Below, one piece after another: positions 29,038-40,628 of a stretch of 64,000 bases of DNA. The stretch's first letter is position 1, and each line of letters begins with the position of its first letter. The notes under the pieces were generated by a model. That model was not told the origin of the DNA and made no database searches. It saw only the letters and a list, made by a program, of their open reading frames with translations. The DNA is from Candidatus Cloacimonadales bacterium (lineage in GTDB: Bacteria; Cloacimonadota; Cloacimonadia; Cloacimonadales; JAFGVF01): assembly GCA_963663475.2 (NCBI GenBank), contig CAXXJV010000001.1:544001-608000 (forward strand), given 5' to 3'. Both the position numbers and the translations under genes were made by a program.

Positions 29038-32000
29038 TCAAGAAAAAGATAAATCTATTGTCAGAAAGATACCTGTAACATGATAATTATTCTCTTTAAC
29101 GAAAGGTAAATCTTTGATGATATCAATATAGTGCTGAACTTGTTCTTTATCATCAATGCCCCCAGTTTTATAGTCGATTATCATAATTTCTTTATTTTTT
29201 GAATCTACCATCATTCGGTCGATACGGTATTCTTGACTATTATGGAAAACAGTTTTTTCGGTAAAGACTTTATCCCATTTTGCAGAAAATATATTAGCAT
29301 TTTGTTCTACAAAATCATAAGAGGAAGTTATTATCATTTCCAGTTTGTCTTGGGCTAGCAGGCTACCATACCGGCGATAAACCATATTACGGGCTGTTTT
29401 AATTTGACTTTGCCATTGGTCATTATCTCTAGCATTTTTTCCATATTTAATATAGGTAAGAAATTCATGAGCCACATTGCCATATAACTGATGTCTATCT
29501 TCAAGGTAGACTTTTTTCAGGTTATCAATAGGTCTATTCTCTTGCAAATTAGCCTGTGAATAATCAGTCAGGTAATCTTTAAGATAATTTCTGTTTTGAG
29601 CTTTATTTTGAGTTACTTCTTCTTTCCTATTTTCATCAACACCAGCTTTATTATAGAAGTAGTAGGTTAGATTATCACTTGATAAGTTTTCCCCATTATT
29701 TTCAATAAAGAAGTTTTTAAAGGCTTTTACTAATAGTCCGATTACACCTGCTTGGTCATTTAGAGAAGCAATATAATCGGTAAAATCTTTTTTGCTTTTA
29801 TAGGCAAAGAAGAGGCCTAATTTATGTTCAGCTCTGGTAAGAGCTACATAAAAAACATCTATAGCTTCAATAATATTTCTTTCTTGATAATCTTGCATTA
29901 ATTCTTGGGAATTAGATTTGCTGAGTACTTTTTCATCAATGGACGAGGAATAGATAATGAAGTCTGTTAAATCTAGGTAATTTGACCTATCAAAGGAATA
30001 GGTTATTTTAAATTCATTTCCTCTGTTGGGGGCAGATAAGTTAGATAAACGCCAATAGAGAAAGACATTTTTATAGCCCAGACCTTTGGATTTATGAACT
30101 GTGAGAATAGCTATACTATCTTCTAGTTGTAGGCCTTGTTGGAGAATATCACTATCATTTTTGCTTTGTTTTTGGCAGTATTCAACAAAAGCGAAAAGAT
30201 CAAATACAGATGTATTGAGTTTTGCTAATTCAAAGCTAACAACTAGATCAAGAAAGTTATATAGATTTTTCCAATCAATCTCATTTAAGCAGATTCTTGA
30301 AAAATCATAATTAGCTATAAAGTCTCTTATAAATTCTGCTTGAGAATCATATTCTTTATTAGTAATGGTGAGTAATTTCCTTACTTCTGGAATATCCATT
30401 AGTTGGTCAAATTCTTCTGCTTTATTAATATCATAAGCCTGTTTATGGAATAAGATGAGAATATCCTTCAATTTCTTTGAGCCTAGCATAATTAAATCAG
30501 ACCTAAGAACCTGTAAGAGTGAGAATCTATCTCTGAGTAGTCTTAGCTTGAGAACAGCTAGGAGAAGTTCAACAGCCTTATGTTCTATAAGTTTTCCTGA
30601 TGATTCAATATTATTAGGGATATTTAGCTTATTAAGTTCATTTGCAATTTGATCAGCGTGTTTATGGGTCCTGACAAGAATAGCAGTTTCGCCCCAACTT
30701 ATCCTAGCTTGTTGATGTAAGCTTTTGATTTGCTTAGCAAATTCAGCATAAGAATTAGGGCTCTCATCCTCATCCTTGTTATCTACTTCTGCATTATCTT
30801 CATCATCTACTTTATTATCTAGCAAATCACTATTATATTCCCAGTAGTAAAGCTGTCCTCCTTCTTCTTTAGCTTCATTATAGCAATTATTGGCAGAATC
30901 CCAGTTTTTAGCAGTAACTGGGTGATAAATCCATTCATTATTCCTTTTACCACAATCTTCTTGAAAGTCACTATCAGTAAATATTCTATTGACCATGTCA
31001 ATAACTGGCCTTGAAGAACGGTAGCACTGATTTAAGTCTTCTGCTTCTACATCAAGATTTTTCGGCATAATCTCCATAATACCTCTTTCTCCCCCTCTCC
31101 AGCCATAGATTGACTGTTTAGGGTCACCAACGATAATTACTCCTGAATAGTCTTTTATGGAATAGCCACTCTTAAGTTCATTAATAATAGGCATAAGGAT
31201 AGAAAATTGGTTAAATGAAGTATCTTGAAACTCATCAATTAGCAAGAAACGTATTCTAGAGACTAATTGTTCATAAAAGAGATTAGTCACAATCCCTCTA
31301 TCTCTATCGATGAGTGATAGAGACTTTTCATAGAGGTATTTATAGCTATAGAAAGTAATATCATTATAGGTAAATTTACCTAAAGAGAACTTGAGTTTAT
31401 CGTAATGTTGGCATAAGCTTTTCCAGCCTATGAGAACTTCTTGTTGTTTAGGGAGAATTTCTGCCACAATATAATAATCAGCTAAAGCTGAGATAGTCTT
31501 GATAAAGCCTTCTTCTAGTTGCAGACTTATATCTTTATAGACCTTTTTTCCTGTTTTGGAAAAGGGAAGTGGTTTTGTAAAGAAGGTATTAATATTCTTA
31601 ATTATCTCATGTGGTTGTTCAAAAAGAGAATCAAAAACACTTTTAACATCAATTTGCCTATCTAAATCAATATGAATCATCTTCTTATAGTCACTTAAAA
31701 TATGCTTATGCCAAGCTTTTTCTTGAGGTTCATAAACTAGAGTATTGTAGGTTGAAACTAGATCAAGATAGGCATTTTTAAAAGTACTCCAGGTATTATC
31801 TTTAATTTCTTCAATCATTTCAGCAGCTAATTGAGAAGCCTGGGTAAAGTAACCAGTCATACTTCCATTTTCATAATAATCTAAGATCCACCGGTTATTA
31901 AGTAAGGATTTAATAAAGCCTTGGACACCTTCAACAGTTCTAGTATTAATCCTTTTGAGTAGGGGTTGGAAGATAGGGAAAACATTTTCAGAAAAAATAA

Positions 32001-32463
32001 ATTCTAAGAGCTGAGGCATAATTTCCTCATTAGAGTTATTATCTATGGAGAAATCTTTTATTCTTAAGTAAGGAGCAATCATACTTTTAAAAATATTACT
32101 AGTAAAAGAATCTATAGTAGATACTTGCAAGAGGTCTTTTCTTTGAAGAATTTCTTTAAGAAGCTTATCCTTGATATATTCTCTATCATTGCTTTGCCAT
32201 TTATAACCACTTATTTTTTCTAAATTAGTGATAATTGTTGGAGCATCTTTACCTTGATCTGCTATTTCTTGCAAGAAGTCTAGTATTTTCTCTCTTATTT
32301 CAGCAGTAGCTTTTCTGGTAAAAGTCATAACTAAAATCTGACTAAAGTCAAACTCTTCAAAGTCCTTGTATTTTAACAAAAGAGAAATAAACTCTAGTGA
32401 TAATCGATAGGTCTTACCTGTTCCTGCTGAAGCCATAATAACTTTTTTAACTATATGTTCCAT
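29038..32463 (-). CDS. addA: UvrD-family helicase-nuclease AddA
   Basis: ASAGTGKT, TFTRKAT, IDEFQDT, VGDPKQSIYGWRG, TVHKSKGL, YVALTRA, C-terminal RIDR..IDYKTG. Confidence 0.88.
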   Translation of the reverse strand: MEHIVKKVIMASAGTGKTYRLSLEFISLLLKYKDFEEFDFSQILVMTFTRKATAEIREKILDFLQEIADQGKDAPTIITNLEKISGYKWQSNDREYIKDKLLKEILQRKDLLQVSTIDSFTSNIFKSMIAPYLRIKDFSIDNNSNEEIMPQLLEFIFSENVFPIFQPLLKRINTRTVEGVQGFIKSLLNNRWILDYYENGSMTGYFTQASQLAAEMIEEIKDNTWSTFKNAYLDLVSTYNTLVYEPQEKAWHKHILSDYKKMIHIDLDRQIDVKSVFDSLFEQPHEIIKNINTFFTKPLPFSKTGKKVYKDISLQLEEGFIKTISALADYYIVAEILPKQQEVLIGWKSLCQHYDKLKFSLGKFTYNDITFYSYKYLYEKSLSLIDRDRGIVTNLFYEQLVSRIRFLLIDEFQDTSFNQFSILMPIINELKSGYSIKDYSGVIIVGDPKQSIYGWRGGERGIMEIMPKNLDVEAEDLNQCYRSSRPVIDMVNRIFTDSDFQEDCGKRNNEWIYHPVTAKNWDSANNCYNEAKEEGGQLYYWEYNSDLLDNKVDDEDNAEVDNKDEDESPNSYAEFAKQIKSLHQQARISWGETAILVRTHKHADQIANELNKLNIPNNIESSGKLIEHKAVELLLAVLKLRLLRDRFSLLQVLRSDLIMLGSKKLKDILILFHKQAYDINKAEEFDQLMDIPEVRKLLTITNKEYDSQAEFIRDFIANYDFSRICLNEIDWKNLYNFLDLVVSFELAKLNTSVFDLFAFVEYCQKQSKNDSDILQQGLQLEDSIAILTVHKSKGLGYKNVFLYWRLSNLSAPNRGNEFKITYSFDRSNYLDLTDFIIYSSSIDEKVLSKSNSQELMQDYQERNIIEAIDVFYVALTRAEHKLGLFFAYKSKKDFTDYIASLNDQAGVIGLLVKAFKNFFIENNGENLSSDNLTYYFYNKAGVDENRKEEVTQNKAQNRNYLKDYLTDYSQANLQENRPIDNLKKVYLEDRHQLYGNVAHEFLTYIKYGKNARDNDQWQSQIKTARNMVYRRYGSLLAQDKLEMIITSSYDFVEQNANIFSAKWDKVFTEKTVFHNSQEYRIDRMMVDSKNKEIMIIDYKTGGIDDKEQVQHYIDIIKDLPFVKENNYHVTGIFLTIDLSFS

Positions 32464-32465
32464 GC

Positions 32466-35228
32466 TTATCTCCTTAAAGCCAAATCTGCTCGGGTTATTT
32501 TACTATAGCTTCCAGCCTTGCTAACCGCAGGGGGTAGAGAGAAACCAATGCAAGCTATTTCATTTAAAACTTGAATAACCTTATCTTTCAATTTAGAAAT
32601 AGTCTGATTAGCATCTTTAGTTTGAGCTTTCCAGTCCCTTTTTAATATTTGATAAATGCCAGCTTTAACTTCTTTGCCCAAGTCAATATCATCCCAATAA
32701 TAGATATATTGATAGAGGGCTAATTGATCAGGTGAATATGAACCTGTTTTAAAATCAATAACATATTTGCTTTCATCCTCTTTATTCTCAATCCTTAAAT
32801 CAGCATCACCAGTAACAGAAATACCCAGTTTATAATCATTTTCATCTTCAGTAATAAAAGGCTTATATTTTCTTTTTTTATCTGGAGAAAAGCCTTCTTC
32901 TGGTATCAGGTCTATTTGTTTTTCAGAAAGACTCAGTCTATAATGCATGACTATTTTAAAAAAGTAAGCCATACCATCAACTAAAGCAGTTTTCAAAATC
33001 TTATCTAAGAAATCATAAGAATAGTTATGCGGAATATAATAATCTTTAGCTGAGTATGTAGCTAAGAAAGAATTGAATATTTCTGTTAATCTTTCTTCAG
33101 ACATAAACTGAAACTTATAAAATACTTTTTGATTTATGAAGTTATCTTTTATCCTTGCAACAATATGATTAACATAATCTTGGGCAAAAACACCAATAAA
33201 GCGATAATCTAAAGCAGGCTCTTCTAGTATTTCTTTTTCCTCTACCCCAGCCCAAGTTCGAATAAGATAGTAAAGAGGATTATCCATAAGAGTTTTTAAC
33301 TTAGTATAGGAAAGCTTTATAGCTGAATTTCCCGAAGTTAACTCCTCAACATTTAATCTTAAACGCCAAAATTCTTGATCTAAAGTAGTTAAAGAATCTT
33401 CTTCATTATTTACAAACATCTCCCTGTAACCCCCGTCTGCCTGCCTATCATCTTTGCTGGTTTTTATCAAGGGCAATTCTTCCAAAAATGAGCTAGTAGA
33501 AATATCATCATCAATACTTTCTATAGCTAAGAAATAAGACTTCTTCGCTGTGAGAACAAGTCTTTGAAAATAATATTTCTCTCTTAATCTAATCTCCTCA
33601 TAGCTTTTCAAATTGAGAATCTGACGTTGCTTTTCATTAAAAAGAAATTGACTCTTTCGTTGGCTAGGAAGCAGTCCTTCTATCATATTAAGAAATACCA
33701 GTGACTCATAGCTGTTATTACGAGTATCTAAAAGAGAATTTATCCTAATTCCTTTTTTATTATCTAAACAAGTATATTTTATTGTTTTTGCTTTTAACCC
33801 ATCACAAAACAACTTAAAAATTATTATATGTTCAGCTTTGGCTGATAGTTTTGACCAGCTAGTAATTAATTTATTGTAGGTATAGGTTTGCAGATTTGCT
33901 AATTCAGTATAAATAAGTTCTTTAATGTTTGAGTATTTTAAGTCTCTAGAAGAACATAGTTTATCTAGGATTATACCTTCTTCTTGGTCTATTAAGTCTG
34001 TTAGACTTCCTATCGATCTAATTTTACTCAACTTGCTTAATAATTTGAATATCTCCTTTAGAGATTTCTTTAATTCTTCTGATACTACTTCCTTACCCAT
34101 CTTCCCTTGGAAATCACAATACAAGACTCCTCTATCTGAGATCCTATACATTTCTTCTATTAAATTATCAGGACTTTTTATAGCGAAGTAATCTAAGAAA
34201 GTTTTATTCAAAAAGGCTCTTATTAATGTATGAAGTGGAATAAAATACTGATTATTATAATAATCAATAGCTTCTATCAATTGCTGAAGAATTCCTAAGA
34301 AAGTGTAAATTTCAGTATTTATAAAATCCTTACTATAAGAAATATCGAATGCCTTTCTAGATAAAATTTTGCCATAGGAACTTTGGTAGAAATCCCTGTC
34401 TATAACCTGCTTAACCTCTTCTTCCTCAACAAGCTTGCAAAGAGAATTCATCATTGTAAATTCATTTCTATCAATAATAAGCTTTAGGTCTGGCTCATGC
34501 TTGCTAATTGCTTGCAAATCACTATAATTGAAGGGTTGAGCATTAAAAGTGTTCTTATCTACAAAAGCTTCAGGAATTTGATATATTAAATAAACTTCTT
34601 TACCACTTTCTTCAAGTTGCTTGATTATTTCCCTCTCTAAAGCTGTATAATAAAACTGATTTACTACATAGACATTTTCATATTCAGAGAAATAATCTAA
34701 GTTAAGTTTATCAACTTGTTTAAGAAATATTTTATCATCTAACTTATTGTCGTCTAGCCATTTTTCATATCTTTTTAATATTTCATAAATTCTTTCATAA
34801 TATTCTATCTGCCAAGGAAAGATATTTGAATTTTCCTCTTCTAATACTCCTATTACCTGGGCAAAATCTAATAGTTCAACAGCTAGTTCATCAAAGAGAG
34901 TAAATATTTTATTAGCCAATTTTATAAAATCAAAGAAATCTGTTACCTTGAAGAAATCCTTATCACCATCTGTTAATAGCTGATATAAGGCTATTACCCG
35001 CTTATCGTCTTCTAAAATAACTCTATCTGTTGGTAAAAGCATATCTGTGAAATCTTCTATAGCTAGATAAAGTCTGTCTTCAAATTGCCATTGATACTGA
35101 CTGTATGCCTGTGCCATATTTGCATTATTCTGAGTTGGAAAAATTATAATAGTCTTCTGCTTTTTATCTACATAATCATCTACTTTTAAGAGATTGTATT
35201 CAAAATCAATGAACTTAAAATTTGGCAT
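32466..35228 (-). CDS. addB: AddB-like PD-(D/E)XK nuclease
   Basis: C-terminal GDADL..IDFKTG..QLALY; directly upstream of addA; ATG at 35228 after GGAGG. Confidence 0.75.
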   Translation of the reverse strand: MPNFKFIDFEYNLLKVDDYVDKKQKTIIIFPTQNNANMAQAYSQYQWQFEDRLYLAIEDFTDMLLPTDRVILEDDKRVIALYQLLTDGDKDFFKVTDFFDFIKLANKIFTLFDELAVELLDFAQVIGVLEEENSNIFPWQIEYYERIYEILKRYEKWLDDNKLDDKIFLKQVDKLNLDYFSEYENVYVVNQFYYTALEREIIKQLEESGKEVYLIYQIPEAFVDKNTFNAQPFNYSDLQAISKHEPDLKLIIDRNEFTMMNSLCKLVEEEEVKQVIDRDFYQSSYGKILSRKAFDISYSKDFINTEIYTFLGILQQLIEAIDYYNNQYFIPLHTLIRAFLNKTFLDYFAIKSPDNLIEEMYRISDRGVLYCDFQGKMGKEVVSEELKKSLKEIFKLLSKLSKIRSIGSLTDLIDQEEGIILDKLCSSRDLKYSNIKELIYTELANLQTYTYNKLITSWSKLSAKAEHIIIFKLFCDGLKAKTIKYTCLDNKKGIRINSLLDTRNNSYESLVFLNMIEGLLPSQRKSQFLFNEKQRQILNLKSYEEIRLREKYYFQRLVLTAKKSYFLAIESIDDDISTSSFLEELPLIKTSKDDRQADGGYREMFVNNEEDSLTTLDQEFWRLRLNVEELTSGNSAIKLSYTKLKTLMDNPLYYLIRTWAGVEEKEILEEPALDYRFIGVFAQDYVNHIVARIKDNFINQKVFYKFQFMSEERLTEIFNSFLATYSAKDYYIPHNYSYDFLDKILKTALVDGMAYFFKIVMHYRLSLSEKQIDLIPEEGFSPDKKRKYKPFITEDENDYKLGISVTGDADLRIENKEDESKYVIDFKTGSYSPDQLALYQYIYYWDDIDLGKEVKAGIYQILKRDWKAQTKDANQTISKLKDKVIQVLNEIACIGFSLPPAVSKAGSYSKITRADLALRR

Positions 35229-35310
35229 ATTTCCTCCTAATGCTTTTTTTACTTGTGATATTTTTTTTGGCAAGTTTATTTTCTTATTATCTGTATTTTT
35301 TTAGACTCAA

Positions 35311-35930
35311 GCTCAAGTCTAGTGGTAAATAAGAGACTTTCATTATAGCATATTGCTTGAATAATAGAATGTTACAAGTAAGATTATCCCAGATAGTGTA
35401 GTAGAGCTTTAGTGAAGAGTGCAGATTATTCTAGCAAAATAGCTTACAGAATTTTGACGCATATATTTTATATATTCGGAGAAATTATGGAAGCTACTTT
35501 TGCAGAAGAATATAGTGCTATTCACAAAGGTCTACTGCATTATTTGGGATTATATGAAGAGTGACGGGAGTTGCTCACGGAGTAGCGACTTCCGACACTC
35601 TTCACCCGAAGTCCCTTGCCTACGGCTGAGGAAGTCCGGTCTCCAACAAAAAGCAGGTTCAAGTTCAAGTCTGGTGGGAATAATATAGGAAAATGAGAAT
35701 ATTTCATTACTATATTGATTCATCAAAAATCCCTGACTTGTGGGGCGTAGCCTTAGCGAAGACTCAAAGGGATAAAATAATTAAGCCCAGGGTAAGATAC
35801 TGAAAGTATCGCAACCCTGGGTAATGATGGCTAGCCCAAAGATATTACCCTGTAAGGGTTTAATAAAAGGATAAATAATGTATTATCCCAAATAATGCAA
35901 TAGTTCTTTGAGAATAGCAGAATATTCTTC
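35311..35930. repeat. Mosaic repeat cluster: D, full A (35388-35548), GC-rich hairpin F (35555-35604), reversed E+B, reversed A arm
   Basis: Segments match 15996-16068, 28698-28858 and the reverse complement of ~2305-2545. Confidence 0.88.
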
Positions 35931-36355
35931 TAGCTATTTAATTTTTCCTTAGCTTTATCAACAACTTCCTCAGTTTTATCTTTAGTGTCTTCAATCATTT
36001 CTTCAGTTTTATCTTCAGCTTCGTCTAGCATATCTTCTGCCTTATCTTCGGCTTCTTCAAGCATATTTTCAGTAGACTCTTTAATTTCTTCTTTTTTCTC
36101 TTCAAGTTTTGAGATAAGATTCTCGATTTTTTCAGCTTCTTGTTCACCGATTTCTTCTGATTCTAACTCATTTTGCATCTTATCAATCTGATCATTGATA
36201 GCTTCAACATCATCCTGAGTAATTTTTGCGTCTTCTAACCATTCTGATACCTTATTTTCATAGTCTGTAATCTTATCATCCAATGATTCATCCTTACTAC
36301 ATCCTGTAAGGGCTAATAACAAGACTAGTATTATGCCTATTACATAAATTTTCAT
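35930..36355 (-). CDS. Acidic alpha-helical lipoprotein
   Basis: Lipobox LALTG-C; ~11-residue EEAEDKAEDML-type repeats. Confidence 0.8.
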   Translation of the reverse strand: MKIYVIGIILVLLLALTGCSKDESLDDKITDYENKVSEWLEDAKITQDDVEAINDQIDKMQNELESEEIGEQEAEKIENLISKLEEKKEEIKESTENMLEEAEDKAEDMLDEAEDKTEEMIEDTKDKTEEVVDKAKEKLNS

Positions 36356-36664
36356 TGATTTTTCTCCTTTTTTTTACTTTGATATAAGTTTTTTTTTACA
36401 TCCTTGTTTTTTCAATTTTTATAATTTACCCTTAAATAATAATCATTTAGGAAAATTTAGCAAATATTTTTTAATATGAATGATATCATAGTATCACTTT
36501 TTGTAATAACTATCATATATTATTGTTTATGAGAAAATATGAAATCTCAGATATCAATGAATATAACTTTTCAAAAAGTAAAGATTTATCAATATTTTTA
36601 AAGAATGATGCAGTATTTGAGTTGTTAGACATTTTAATACTATTTTGCCTATTCCACCCCTTAC

Positions 36665-36723
36665 CCTTCCTTTACAGTCTTTCGATGAAACCTGGACTTT
36701 CATCGAAAGACTGTAAAGGAAGG
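36665..36723. repeat. Family C palindrome
   Basis: Same 26-bp stem; loop CCTGGAC. Confidence 0.92.
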
Positions 36724-36902
36724 ATGAAGGATGGTATAAGAAAACCTGTTACGAAAATAAGTGGAAAATAAATATCATTTCATAGTTAAACATAGACTAA
36801 TTGTTAAAAAAATAATAATTTTATTTGTTTACGATGAGAATAGTATTATTTTATTAATATTAGTATTTAAAAATTATATAATTAGAAAGAAGGACATCTA
36901 TT

Positions 36903-39188
36903 ATGAAAAAAATTTTAATTACCCTTTCCTTATTATTTATTGTTATACATAATGTTTTTGCAGGTCAGTTTGACTTTTCTGAACAAATTATTTCTTATAA
37001 GCTTGAGACAAAAGCACTTTCAATAGATAATAGATTCAGTCCAGACTATGATTTTGCTATTGAACCAGTTACTATAGGTAATAATTATTATGATTTTTTC
37101 CCAGGTTCTTATAATGAAAAACCATTACAGAAAATTCAAACCCCAACTTTTGAAGGTAACTGGCTACTTTATCATTCTAAACCTGCTATTGATTTAACAA
37201 GGCGAATTTATAAAGCACTAATTGATCATAACGGAAATGTGGTATCTAGAGTTTTTATTGATTATTCTGATAAGTGGCAAGGCTTTCCCTCTGTGGATTT
37301 AACTTCTGAGGGAAGACCTCTATATGCTTACCACACAAACCTTGATACCTTAGCAGGTCCTGAATTAGAAGTTGGCTTTAGTTTTGATCCAATGGATAAC
37401 AGTGTACTTGACCCAAATATTCCAATTTACCCTATTATCGAAAATCCTCGTTACGAAAAAATTAATGGAAGAGTTTATACAGATAATCAATATATCTGGC
37501 CTAGTGTGCAAGTTGGTAATTCACCACTACCTGGTCACCAAAGAGTCTATATATTAGGGAGAAATTCCCAAATACACTCCCTCTCAGTCTCTGAAAATGT
37601 TATTATCTACTATAAAGATTTTACCGAAGATGAAATTGAAGACTTTTCTTTTAATGGCTCTGATTGGTCTTTTACAACCATACCTCAACTTGATGCTTGG
37701 CATGTTTCTCAAGATGAATGGAGAAGACCTTTTATGTCCTTCCTAGCTTATGAAGATAAAATTTACTACATAGGTTATCACCAAGCATTTTCAGGCGTAG
37801 AACCTGGGGATGTCCCCCTTGATGAGCCTTGCTTAACTGCCTTTGTATGTGATAATTATGGCCAAGGAGAATGGACTCAATTTTCAACTTATGGCAAATT
37901 TGCTTCAATGCTAGCAAGGCATATTGATCCAGCCACTGGTAATTTCTTAGATCCTCAACCACCAACTTTTCCTGATGATTTAGAAGATTCTGATTTTAGT
38001 AATAGCCTGGGTGTTTGTCCTCATTTTTCAGCTGCTATTGATTCTGAGGGAAGAATACATTTCCCTGCATTCTATACTCTTAATGGCAATGGTGGTCATT
38101 TTTATCAAAACTTACATACTGTTAAAAATATTACTTTTGATACCAATAGCTTAGAATGGTCTCTGGCAGAAGTTTATCCCCAGCAAGAAAATGGTTCTGA
38201 GCCCTTTATTCCTAATGATCCAATTGATATTACTCAATATGATAGTACTATTAAGTATCCCAAAGACCTCCTATGGCAATGGTGGGATAAGGATGGTGAT
38301 GGACTCTATGACGAGGTTCTTGATGATGGTACTTGGGATGGAATTGATGATGGGGTTAGTCCACAAGATATAGATTTATGGGGTAAGCCTATTTTAACTA
38401 CAATTTGGCCTTATATGCATTGGGACGCAAGTGCAGCATATAATTCTATGAACTTCACTCTACATACAGCACAAATCACTAATGGTAATGACCAAGGGAT
38501 GATGGCTATGGTTTGGCAAGATGCCCAGAAGGCTCAATTCGCTAATCTCAATTATGAAAACTATCCTCAATATAGTCCCTATCTAAACATGTGTGAAATT
38601 GTTATTTCAGTTTCAGCGGATAATGGACGTCATTGGTCACAACCAATCTTCTTAAATGGTATAGATAATCCAGAAATGTTGGATGAGATACCAGAATTCC
38701 CTTACCTTGGCTCAGAAATTGATTACCTAGGACAAGATGAAATGGGCAACCCTATTGGACGTCTTCACCTTGTCTATTTAGATGATGATACTTTTGGATC
38801 ATCTGTACAAGGTATTGGCCAATCTACAGGTGGCCAGATGAAATATTTAGCTCTTGATGTTACTTTCAATGGACCAGCCTTAGATAATATTAACAATGAT
38901 GTGCTTGCTCAGACAAGTATTTTAAAACAAAACTATCCAAATCCTTTTAATCCTACTACAACTATTAGTTATAATGTAACTAAGGCAGGTAATGTTAAAC
39001 TTAATGTTTATAACATGAAAGGTCAATTAGTCAAATGTCTTGTTAATTCTAAACAAAATGTAGGTATCCATGATATTGCCTGGAATGGCAGAAATAAGTT
39101 TGGTGAAGAAGTTTCTTCAGGAATCTATCTTTATAAAATTGAGAATGCAGGAAAAGCTGAAGTTAAGAAAATGGTATTAATGAAATAG
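36903..39188 (+). CDS. Secreted protein of unknown function with FlgD-Ig/T9SS-like CTD
   Basis: Signal peptide; DKDGDGLYD motif; Asp-box [17 protein letters not shown]...KMVLMK. Confidence 0.82.
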   Translation: MKKILITLSLLFIVIHNVFAGQFDFSEQIISYKLETKALSIDNRFSPDYDFAIEPVTIGNNYYDFFPGSYNEKPLQKIQTPTFEGNWLLYHSKPAIDLTRRIYKALIDHNGNVVSRVFIDYSDKWQGFPSVDLTSEGRPLYAYHTNLDTLAGPELEVGFSFDPMDNSVLDPNIPIYPIIENPRYEKINGRVYTDNQYIWPSVQVGNSPLPGHQRVYILGRNSQIHSLSVSENVIIYYKDFTEDEIEDFSFNGSDWSFTTIPQLDAWHVSQDEWRRPFMSFLAYEDKIYYIGYHQAFSGVEPGDVPLDEPCLTAFVCDNYGQGEWTQFSTYGKFASMLARHIDPATGNFLDPQPPTFPDDLEDSDFSNSLGVCPHFSAAIDSEGRIHFPAFYTLNGNGGHFYQNLHTVKNITFDTNSLEWSLAEVYPQQENGSEPFIPNDPIDITQYDSTIKYPKDLLWQWWDKDGDGLYDEVLDDGTWDGIDDGVSPQDIDLWGKPILTTIWPYMHWDASAAYNSMNFTLHTAQITNGNDQGMMAMVWQDAQKAQFANLNYENYPQYSPYLNMCEIVISVSADNGRHWSQPIFLNGIDNPEMLDEIPEFPYLGSEIDYLGQDEMGNPIGRLHLVYLDDDTFGSSVQGIGQSTGGQMKYLALDVTFNGPALDNINNDVLAQTSILKQNYPNPFNPTTTISYNVTKAGNVKLNVYNMKGQLVKCLVNSKQNVGIHDIAWNGRNKFGEEVSSGIYLYKIENAGKAEVKKMVLMK

Positions 39189-39266
39189 TATCTTGCTTAA
39201 CCAGAAAAAAAAAAATGAAAATCTACAAGCCGAATGCCTGGTAAAAAGGCAGAATGTTTAAAAAAT

Positions 39267-39294
39267 AAACAGGGTTTCCTAGGAAACCCTGTTT
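39267..39294. terminator. Bidirectional terminator between convergent genes
   Basis: Perfect palindrome AAACAGGGTTTCCTAGGAAACCCTGTTT. Confidence 0.75.
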
Positions 39295-39311
39295 TAGTTT
39301 ATGTTGTTTAT

Positions 39312-40628
<1,317 letters not shown>

